A DNA stretch of 64,000 nucleotides from a virus, in IMG/VR virus record IMGVR_UViG_3300044856_000216, positions 32,001 to 96,000 of that record. One strand, given 5' to 3'. Position numbers and translations under genes: made by a program. Of this stretch, positions 26,336 through 33,822 are shown one piece after another; the stretch's first letter is position 1; each line of letters starts with the position of its first letter. Under the pieces are notes generated by a model that saw nothing but the letters and a program-made list of their open reading frames with translations, had not been told where the DNA came from and did no database searches.

Positions 26336-27552
26336 TGTAGTGGTATATTTACGACTACTGGATGTGAACCTGCATCCACTATCCCATTGACGAAAGCCTT
26401 TGGGAATACCTTTTTCATTATCTGATAACTACCATTTACGTCTGCATTAATATATTTTCCCTTCTCACTCTGAAACAAACCTCTGTGAATTCTTCTGTCT
26501 TTATTGTAATTTTTCTCAATTGGTTCTTCACCATCAAGAAAAGATGTACCACTTGTATAACTTTCATTTGTTTTAATAAATTTAATTCCTTCATTCTCGC
26601 ATTTATATTCAAGCCTTTGTACAATACTTAAATATGGAATAGATACAAATTTCTGATTAACTCTTTTGCCCATATTGGTATCTTGTTTCCAGCCTGAATT
26701 ATAACCACAAACTAAAGTATCAATATTATTACACTTACAAAAATTTACCACCATCTTTGTTGATTTCTGAATATAGTCATCTACTTGATTATTTCTTTTA
26801 GTTGTAAATCTTTGCATCTCATTTGACCAATCACTATCATTTCTCAGCTTTAATGCAGATCTCATTTCTGAAATTTTCTTATTATAATACTGATTAATTG
26901 ACTTTAATGGTTTTCCATTTATTATAATTGGACTCACGTCACAGTTTGTTGTAATAGTCATTAAATTATCAACACCTAAGTCAATCGCAGCAATTCTCTC
27001 TGATACTATATTCTCTGTTTCAGGAACTTCTATTTTATATACTATCTCCATAACATAATAATCGGCTTTGGGAACAAATCTACATTGCATCAGTTTACCT
27101 TCAGCATGAGTATTCACTGTATAACCACCAAAAGGTTTAAATGCAATTCTGAATTGTCTATCATTTAATGAGCACTGTATATTCTTCAGCATAAAAACCT
27201 GTCTGCCGTCCTTCGGTAAATACTTAGGTAATTTTGGCATTCCTAAATACTTTGATGGATTTTTCTTCCAATCTTTTATTGCAACAAAATAGCCTTTCCA
27301 CATTTTATCTACAAGCTGTATTGTTTTCTGTGCTGCTTGCGAACCACATTCCTTATAGCAATCCATTGACTGCATAAGTTTTTGGACATCATAAGCACCT
27401 ATTTTATTTTTATTATTAATGAATTCTTGTCTAATAATATAATTTGCTTGATTATATACATTCTTTGAATAGAAACAATACTGGTCTACAATTTTATATA
27501 TAGGATTATTTCTTTTAATTATTTGCTGTTCAACACGATTAACTTTTTTCAT
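26323..27552 (-). CDS. tnpB: TnpB (IS200/IS605-family OrfB) RNA-guided RuvC nuclease
   Basis: 409 aa; RuvC-I IAAIDLGVDN, RuvC-II KTNESYTSGTS, RuvC-III INADVNGSYQI; the segment between II and III lacks the usual CxxC pairs; no tnpA in the window. Confidence 0.85.
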   Translation of the reverse strand: MKKVNRVEQQIIKRNNPIYKIVDQYCFYSKNVYNQANYIIRQEFINNKNKIGAYDVQKLMQSMDCYKECGSQAAQKTIQLVDKMWKGYFVAIKDWKKNPSKYLGMPKLPKYLPKDGRQVFMLKNIQCSLNDRQFRIAFKPFGGYTVNTHAEGKLMQCRFVPKADYYVMEIVYKIEVPETENIVSERIAAIDLGVDNLMTITTNCDVSPIIINGKPLKSINQYYNKKISEMRSALKLRNDSDWSNEMQRFTTKRNNQVDDYIQKSTKMVVNFCKCNNIDTLVCGYNSGWKQDTNMGKRVNQKFVSIPYLSIVQRLEYKCENEGIKFIKTNESYTSGTSFLDGEEPIEKNYNKDRRIHRGLFQSEKGKYINADVNGSYQIMKKVFPKAFVNGIVDAGSHPVVVNIPLQTVK

Positions 27553-27562
27553 TTAGTTTCCT

Positions 27563-27729
27563 TTATTTATTATTTTAAAAATTACATAGCTCTAAAACTA
27601 CTATTATTAATATGATTGTTGCTATAAGGGTTTATTACTAATTAAAATTACATAGCTCTAAAACCAAGTGATAATGCTGTAGCAACTCTGTTGGGTTTAT
27701 TACTAATTAAAATTACATAGCTCTAAAAC
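27563..27729 (-). CRISPR. mini-CRISPR array, 3 repeats / 2 spacers, type II-A-like repeat
   Basis: minus-strand repeat GTTTTAGAGCTATGTAATTTTAATTAGTAATAAACC at 27694-27729 and 27629-27664 (identical); third copy 27563-27598 matches the first 21 nt and then degenerates; spacers CAACAGAGTTGCTACAGCATTATCACTTG (27665-27693) and CTTATAGCAACAATCATATTAATAATAGTA (27599-27628). Confidence 0.8.
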
Positions 27730-27750
27730 CTCAAATATGTATTCGTAATT

Positions 27751-27779
27751 TATATAGTTTCTTGAAGTTTTACGTTCAA
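27751..27779 (-). promoter_or_regulatory. candidate sigma-70-type promoter in the array leader
   Basis: minus strand TTGAAC (27774-27779), 17-nt spacer, TATATA (27751-27756), about 20 nt upstream of the first repeat. Confidence 0.25.
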
Positions 27780-27880
27780 TGGACAAAACCCACGCCCACT
27801 ATCCAATTGATTTCTCTTTTGGAATACTTGCTACAGGATAAACATTTATCTATCCTGTATTTATATATTCTCTCTTTCAA

Positions 27881-28030
27881 TTACATCATCGTTGCAATTT
27901 CAGATATACTCATTATGAACCAACATAAAGCCATTACAGACCATGTAAATTTTTGCATCTTTTCTTTTACAGAAACAGCGTTTGCAATGCTCAAAATAAC
28001 TAATGCAATGTGCATTATCAGTAAAATCAC
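27881..28030 (-). CDS. small membrane protein
   Basis: 49 aa from GTG after AGGAGGTGAGACA (track start 28093); two hydrophobic segments. Confidence 0.4.
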   Translation of the reverse strand: MILLIMHIALVILSIANAVSVKEKMQKFTWSVMALCWFIMSISEIATMM

Positions 28031-28090
28031 TGTCTCACCTCCTAAATTTTTCAGAAGAAATTCCGCTTTCTTTCGGTCTTGATTTTTATA

Positions 28091-28132
28091 CAATATATAG
28101 TATTTGTTGTAATTATTTAATACTATATATTG
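28091..28132. promoter_or_regulatory. 14-nt inverted repeat pair CAATATATAGTATT / AATACTATATATTG
   Basis: perfect arms 28091-28104 and 28119-28132; same ACTATATAT core as the sites at 5073-5117 and 37543-37590. Confidence 0.4.
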
Positions 28133-28177
28133 TATATGCTATTTTGTTTTCAACTACTTATTGTATTATTCTCCATT

Positions 28178-28390
28178 TTATTTTCTAACCACATATAAAT
28201 AACTAAATCCACCAGCATTACCTACAGGCTGTGCTAATAAACACATTGCTACATGGTCTGAATCATATACCCTATTACCCTGGCGAAATTGCTTTCCAAA
28301 ATTTATCTCACCAATACCTCCAACTAACTGTGGCTTATCACCACAAGCAGAACTTAATCCACTTGTGGCTGATGAAAATTTGCCATCTTC
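28178..28390 (-). pseudogene. start-less open frame encoding a C5-methyltransferase TRD-like segment
   Basis: 70 sense codons with no ATG/GTG/TTG before codon 48; ...GGIGEINFGKQFRQGNRVYDSDHVAMCLLAQPVGNAGGFSYLYVV resembles target-recognition modules of SPbeta-type C5 MTases; overlaps the MTase 3' end by 37 nt in the -1 frame. Confidence 0.4.
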
Positions 28391-29859
28391 TCATCTGTAC
28401 AAATATATGTATTGTCATACTGAGCCTTATATAAATGCTCAATCAACAAAGAGATGCAAGTTGTCACTATACTGTTACCGCTTTGTTTATATCCCTGGGT
28501 ATCAGACATTCCAACTGCTTTACAGTTCTCATAATCAATATCATCGAATCCCATGAGCCTGTGGCACTCTTTTGGTGTGAGCTTTCTCACAACTCTTAAA
28601 TTGTCTCTATCTTCTTCGACCATTTGTTGCCGATTTCCTCCCTGGCATGTTGTTATTGTTGGAGAAATATAATCTTTGTCCCAAACATTTCCTGCGAATC
28701 CAGTTCCTTTATTTTCACCATAAATATTAAAAAGTCTTTTTATATTATTTGAATCTGCAAGAATCTGTTTTGGCTGTTTATAATCAGTTGCCACTAAAGT
28801 ACCCATTACTGAATCCTGCTGATAAACTAAATCTCTCTGACCGATAGTTCTGAATTCAGGTTTTGTAGTGCCAACAATATTTTTTTTAAATTTTGGATCT
28901 GTTATCTGAAGTCTTTTCTGTACTTCATCAGATAAGAAATATTTCGCCAAAACACTGCTATCTGTTTCTAATAAATCCTTTAATCTGATTCCTGTGTCAA
29001 AAGGCTGTGGAAATTCAAAAGACTTGGTATCAATATCCTTACGAATAGAGATACAGAAGATTCTATTACGATTCTGTGGAACACCTGTGTTCTTTGCATT
29101 GATTGTCTGATAATATGAGTTATATCCCAAGTTATCAAGCCGAATCAGCCAATCCTTAAAACTGTCAATATACTTCTTTGATACAAGAGCATCTACATTC
29201 TCCATAAGCAAATACTTTGGCAATGTGTTATTCTCTTTTGCTTTTACAAGAAGTCTCTCAACTTCATACAATAAACCTGAACGAGTTGATTTAATGTTGT
29301 GACTGCCACAATTAGGGCAAGTATAACGAGTATCTACATCTAATTCTGATGGATCATATTCACAACCACAATCATGACATGTCCACTTTAATCCTTCCTG
29401 TTTACCGGCGATTGACAAATCTGTGCATGGAGTCGAGTATGTAAGTAAATCACTATATGGCAGTGACTCAATCTGCATCATATCGCCAAGATTATGTGAA
29501 ATATGGTCTGCTAACCAATATTTCTCAATACCTTTTGTCTTGTTCTTCTTTCGTGAAAGTTTTTCCCAATCATACGGAACATCTTTTTTAAAATCATATC
29601 CAAGTCTCTTATCTGTAAGCTGTCTTACCATTTCTTCTTTGCTTGGATAATCTTCATAGTTTTCAATCATCTCATTAGTCAAACCACAATGCATTGCAGC
29701 ATAACTAACTACTACTTCTTTGTCTAAATCTGCTGTTGCAATCATATTTGCATTAAATAGATGAGTATTATCAATTCCCTTCATCTGCGCACCAATACCA
29801 CTACAAAGCTCAATTACACTTAACTCACAATAATTATTTTTTTCTTTATTCTCTGTCAA
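28354..29859 (-). CDS. DNA (cytosine-5)-methyltransferase, SPbeta/phi3T-like with zinc-ribbon insert
   Basis: 501 aa; motif I ELCSGIGAQ, IV TPCTDLS, VI LMENV, VIII QNRNRIF, IX RKLTPKECHRLMGF, X SGNSIV; CHDCGC...CPNCG inserted after motif IV; TTG start. Confidence 0.9.
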   Translation of the reverse strand: MTENKEKNNYCELSVIELCSGIGAQMKGIDNTHLFNANMIATADLDKEVVVSYAAMHCGLTNEMIENYEDYPSKEEMVRQLTDKRLGYDFKKDVPYDWEKLSRKKNKTKGIEKYWLADHISHNLGDMMQIESLPYSDLLTYSTPCTDLSIAGKQEGLKWTCHDCGCEYDPSELDVDTRYTCPNCGSHNIKSTRSGLLYEVERLLVKAKENNTLPKYLLMENVDALVSKKYIDSFKDWLIRLDNLGYNSYYQTINAKNTGVPQNRNRIFCISIRKDIDTKSFEFPQPFDTGIRLKDLLETDSSVLAKYFLSDEVQKRLQITDPKFKKNIVGTTKPEFRTIGQRDLVYQQDSVMGTLVATDYKQPKQILADSNNIKRLFNIYGENKGTGFAGNVWDKDYISPTITTCQGGNRQQMVEEDRDNLRVVRKLTPKECHRLMGFDDIDYENCKAVGMSDTQGYKQSGNSIVTTCISLLIEHLYKAQYDNTYICTDEKMANFHQPQVD

Positions 29860-30048
29860 AATCCTTTAATCTACAGAGATTGCGCAATCATTTTTACCTA
29901 GGAGTTACTGTTAAATCCTTTCTTCTTACTTATTTTGTTGTAAAATTCTATGGAATTAACACGTCTGCTAAAACCATAGGAAAAAAATATTTCTTGTTAC
30001 TTTTTTGGAAAATTTGGCTGATCAGCCTTTGAATAGAAAAGTTTGATA

Positions 30049-30315
30049 TTACAATTTGATTATTTCATTAAAGCAGTTATCCTTTAGAATCCCTTCAATT
30101 TTCCCAATAATATCCCACTCTGCAATATCTCCTTTATTGGAATATGTATAAACATTTGTTTTATTAATTCTAATATCATACCAAAAAGAGTTATCACAAC
30201 TATGATCAATATAATATCCTTCTATAATTCCCAACAACAAACAATCTTCTGTTTTAAAAATAACTACATCACCAACATCATATTCACTTGTATATTCTTC
30301 AATAATTTTTCCCAT
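30049..30315 (-). CDS. hypothetical protein
   Basis: 88-aa ORF in gene train. Confidence 0.5.
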   Translation of the reverse strand: MGKIIEEYTSEYDVGDVVIFKTEDCLLLGIIEGYYIDHSCDNSFWYDIRINKTNVYTYSNKGDIAEWDIIGKIEGILKDNCFNEIIKL

Positions 30316-30328
30316 AATTTTCGCCTTT

Positions 30329-30625
30329 CTATATTAGATTATTCTCTACTTGAAATTTCTTTAATTCATCTTGAATCATCTTCTGTATATCTTCTTCGTT
30401 AAAAGACATGTTTACTACTGGAACGACATTTGCATTCAAATTAACATCACCAACAATAGCCTTATCAAACGCTTCTAAAAACATTTCTGCGAATTCCTTT
30501 TCATAAAAACCACACATTCCATCACAGTTAATATCTGCAATTACTCTTGAAAAGAAATCTTTGAACTTATCAGCGATAAAATCTCTTTCATATCCTTTTG
30601 GAATATCAATTGTTAATTTCACCAT
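30329..30625 (-). CDS. hypothetical protein
   Basis: 98-aa ORF; start overlaps the upstream stop. Confidence 0.5.
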   Translation of the reverse strand: MVKLTIDIPKGYERDFIADKFKDFFSRVIADINCDGMCGFYEKEFAEMFLEAFDKAIVGDVNLNANVVPVVNMSFNEEDIQKMIQDELKKFQVENNLI

Positions 30626-30834
30626 TTCACCTCACTTACTACTTTTACCTTACATTCGATTTCTACAACTTCTAGTTGCCTATCAGCGTTATAACGTCTT
30701 GACATAAAATTTCTAACCGCATTCTCAGCAGTTTTTCTTGTTTCCCAATATTTGTGTCGTGGGCTTGTAAGATTACTTACTAATTTACCTGTTAATTTAT
30801 CCATTACACCATATAATGTAAATTCATTTACCAT
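30619..30834 (-). CDS. hypothetical protein
   Basis: 71-aa ORF in gene train. Confidence 0.45.
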   Translation of the reverse strand: MVNEFTLYGVMDKLTGKLVSNLTSPRHKYWETRKTAENAVRNFMSRRYNADRQLEVVEIECKVKVVSEVKW

Positions 30835-30849
30835 TCATCTCACCTCACT

Positions 30850-31623
30850 TTACAATATCCTAACAATCTGTTCATACAAACAAATATCTTTATCATTAAT
30901 TGCTTTATTCACATGCATATGACCAAACAAATGCTTTTTATATTCAGTTGCAGCTTTCACTTCTTCCATATAATTAGTCAACACATCTGGTTCATACAAC
31001 CCTTTGCCACCCATAAGATATAACTCTGACGTAGAGGGACTATGTGTGATAATATAATCAACTATATTATTATTCTCTTTTAGAACATATAGTCCATGCT
31101 GCATTTCTTCGTCTGTTGGTAATTCCTCTTTCCACCAAGATAAATCTTTAATACGATACATATACCTACATTGTTTATCAAGTTCTTTGGCTTTTTCTCT
31201 CCAATTTTTGTCACTGTAATCAAGAATACCATCCTGAATATCATGACTTGATGCACCACCAAATGTAAAGAAATTCTTATCTTCGATAGTAAAAACTTCA
31301 CCACGCATTAGATGTAATACATTAGATCTGATTTCATGAACCTTACCACCATGCCATTCTTTTACAGGATAAGTCGCAAGCATTTTATGATTCTCGTGAT
31401 TACCATCAACAAATACTGTTGTAAATGGTTTTTGATTAAGCCAATCTAACCAATATTTTTCTTGCTTGCTTTCACCATTTTGATTCCACACAAGACCAAA
31501 ATCACCAAGGATAATTACAGTATTCTCATCTTTATTACCAGAAAAATCTTTCTGTTCATAGAAATTATCTTTACTTAATCTCACAGGATTTCCATGTATA
31601 TCACCTGTTACATATACTGCCAT
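30850..31623 (-). CDS. calcineurin-like metallophosphoesterase
   Basis: 257 aa; VTGDIHGN, ILGDFG, VDGNHEN, GHMH motifs in canonical order; ATG after AGGAGGTAACT. Confidence 0.8.
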   Translation of the reverse strand: MAVYVTGDIHGNPVRLSKDNFYEQKDFSGNKDENTVIILGDFGLVWNQNGESKQEKYWLDWLNQKPFTTVFVDGNHENHKMLATYPVKEWHGGKVHEIRSNVLHLMRGEVFTIEDKNFFTFGGASSHDIQDGILDYSDKNWREKAKELDKQCRYMYRIKDLSWWKEELPTDEEMQHGLYVLKENNNIVDYIITHSPSTSELYLMGGKGLYEPDVLTNYMEEVKAATEYKKHLFGHMHVNKAINDKDICLYEQIVRIL

Positions 31624-31625
31624 AG

Positions 31626-32069
31626 TTACCTCCTGCATACTAAAATCTCAACATCCGTATCTGCAAAAACATTTTTAATTTGTTCTGAGACATCATTCCA
31701 GTTCAGCCTATCTAAACCACAACCAATTACAGGCATTGCAATCTTTTTAATATTATTCTCCAAACAAATCTGTTTCATCTTTTCAAGTGCAAGTCTCATT
31801 GTGATAATTGTTGGCTTGTGAAAATATCTCTCTTTTGTAATAAGATTTAATACTCTAGCTTCTAATAAACAGTCACCACCAATTCTTTTATGAGTGTACT
31901 GGTCAAAATAATATGGATATTTTGTCAGCAACCTTCTCTTCATATCAAACCTTTTATTGAACTCAACTACAATTCCTTTACCCATTCCAAAATCTGCACT
32001 GATACAATGTGCTAAATAATAATCTTCTGGTACTGTAAATAAGTCTTTATTTTCTTCTCTATACTTCAT
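31626..32069 (-). CDS. macrodomain protein, TARG1/OARD1-like (ADP-ribose hydrolase candidate)
   Basis: 147 aa; LAHCISADFGMGKGIVVEF and MPVIGCGLDRLNW match the TARG1-type macro signature as I recall it. Confidence 0.75.
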   Translation of the reverse strand: MKYREENKDLFTVPEDYYLAHCISADFGMGKGIVVEFNKRFDMKRRLLTKYPYYFDQYTHKRIGGDCLLEARVLNLITKERYFHKPTIITMRLALEKMKQICLENNIKKIAMPVIGCGLDRLNWNDVSEQIKNVFADTDVEILVCRR

Positions 32070-32082
32070 TCTTCTACCTCGT

Positions 32083-32556
32083 TTAGAATCCATCTCTTAT
32101 GCTTTCTTTAAGACTTGCACGATTATATTCTTCCAAATATAAATCAATATTATGTTCTTTATTGAACTTTTCGCAAACCTCTTGAGCTTCCTCTTTTGTT
32201 CCAAAATATGTATTACTACCATCATCACATCTATGGATTTGTAAACCACAACTCTCTGAACCAGTGGCATAATATTCATAAGCGTTTTTCTTATTTTGAA
32301 GACTAATAATGCTGCCAATTCTTATATCATAATCATCAATAATTTTTTCAACTATCTCCTTATATATGTACTCACCTTTACAAGCAGGGCATATAAATTC
32401 TTTTCCTTTTATCAATACACGTCCTGTACTTTCACAATATTCACATTTTTTATGAAATTTAAACCTGTGTTCCTTGTTCTCAATATGATATATTTTTTGA
32501 CCAAGTTTAAATGTGCCAACTGGATATCCAATTTTATCTATGTCACTTAAAAACAT
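32083..32556 (-). CDS. zinc-ribbon protein
   Basis: 157 aa; CEYCESTG ... CPACKG. Confidence 0.55.
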   Translation of the reverse strand: MFLSDIDKIGYPVGTFKLGQKIYHIENKEHRFKFHKKCEYCESTGRVLIKGKEFICPACKGEYIYKEIVEKIIDDYDIRIGSIISLQNKKNAYEYYATGSESCGLQIHRCDDGSNTYFGTKEEAQEVCEKFNKEHNIDLYLEEYNRASLKESIRDGF

Positions 32557-32566
32557 TCATTTCACC

Positions 32567-32824
32567 TCACTCTATCATCTCAACTTTGATTCTGAATTTT
32601 GTTGTTTCTATATGTTCGTTTTCTTGATAAGGACGATTATAATCAAAGTGCTGATGTTTAACAGTCGCAATCAAATGAGTATCATTACCCGATATAAATT
32701 CCGTATCTGTTTCATAAGTATCTTCTGAACCATCACCAAGTTTAGAGTCTGTACAATATATCTGATTTGCGTCTAATGCATCTTGAATAATTCTGTAAAT
32801 GTCTCCTGTATTATACATAGTCAC
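32567..32824 (-). CDS. hypothetical protein
   Basis: 85-aa ORF in gene train. Confidence 0.45.
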   Translation of the reverse strand: MTMYNTGDIYRIIQDALDANQIYCTDSKLGDGSEDTYETDTEFISGNDTHLIATVKHQHFDYNRPYQENEHIETTKFRIKVEMIE

Positions 32825-32835
32825 TCTCCATCCTA

Positions 32836-33757
32836 CTATTCAAAGATTTCCTCAATAACTTTCAACTTAATACTCTGACTAAATTCTGAACCAGCAGCCT
32901 TTGGATGACCACCGCCACCAAATAAACTTGCTACATCTTTACCAAGATCAATATCTTCTTTAACTGTTCTATAAGATACCGTACAACCATCAATATCAAT
33001 CATTGCCACAAAATCAATTTCAGGATGCATTTTACAAAGTCTATTACCTAATTCACTAACAAACCTATCTGCAAATACAAAACCACAAACCTTACCACAC
33101 ATAGGACTGGTAAACATAGTTTCGTTCTTTTCTTCGATATATCTATCAATTTCATCCTGCTTAATCTTCAGAACAACCTCATCTTTAGCAGATAATCTTG
33201 GGAATACCTCATCATGGATTTCTGAAATACACCAATGAATAAAATCATCTCGACCATACAGATAAAGTAAATCGTTCACCTGCTTACAAATAACTCCATC
33301 TTCGCCAAGTTCTGACCATCTCCAAGTGTCGTAATCTCTCACTAATTCAGTAAATCTTCTTAATGTCTCTGAATCTTTTAAATACCCATTCTCGATTAAC
33401 CAATAATAAAACATCTCTGTTCCACTGGTTTTAATAGTTCCAAGTTTCATATCTTCATACTCGATAGTCACAGAACACCAAAGATACTTATTAAGTCCTA
33501 GAGCTGTTGGATGGTGATCTAATAAATAAAAATTATCAAATCTGTCATCAATAATTTTCGCTGTATCTTCATTTACTCTAATATCTGTAATAATACACAT
33601 ATCAAATTTTGTTTCACTATCAATAAACTCCTTGACACTTAAATCAATGTTATCATAATCACAATATGAAATATCTACATCATCTCCAAATGCAAGTTTT
33701 GCCAAAATACCACAACCGATTCCATCAAAGATCGGTATGAGTAAATAATTTTATCAT
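32836..33757 (-). CDS. DHH/DHHA1 phosphoesterase (NrnA-like), requires a +1 shift at CUU UGA
   Basis: DHH motif LLDHHPT and DHHA1 GGGHPKAAG in the long frame (32836-33705+); motif I HTDL|DGIGCG is split: ATG 33757 gives MIKLFTHTDL then TGA (33725-33727); skipping one T restores DGIGCGILAKL. Confidence 0.7.
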
Positions 33758-33822
33758 ACCTTACATATCTCCCTTCACTTGAATATATTGAATCATATCA
33801 ATATATCTGCTATATTTTATTG

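Noticed and set aside
29930-29990. Possible tracrRNA/anti-repeat: the minus strand here reads GGTTTTAGCAGACGTGTTAATTCCATAG and the plus strand contains CTGCTAAAAC
   Set aside because: Similarity to the CRISPR repeat is limited to the 7-nt GTTTTAG/CTAAAAC end. There is no extended anti-repeat pairing and no nexus or terminator hairpins of a tracrRNA. I also found no ...CATAGCAAGTTAAAAT-like string elsewhere by eye, although a computational search would be needed to be sure.
30017-30028. 12-nt perfect palindrome GGCTGATCAGCC downstream of gene 30049-30315 as a terminator
   Set aside because: It would form only a 4-bp stem with a 4-nt loop and lacks a U-tract on the transcribed strand. It may simply be a restriction-type palindrome.
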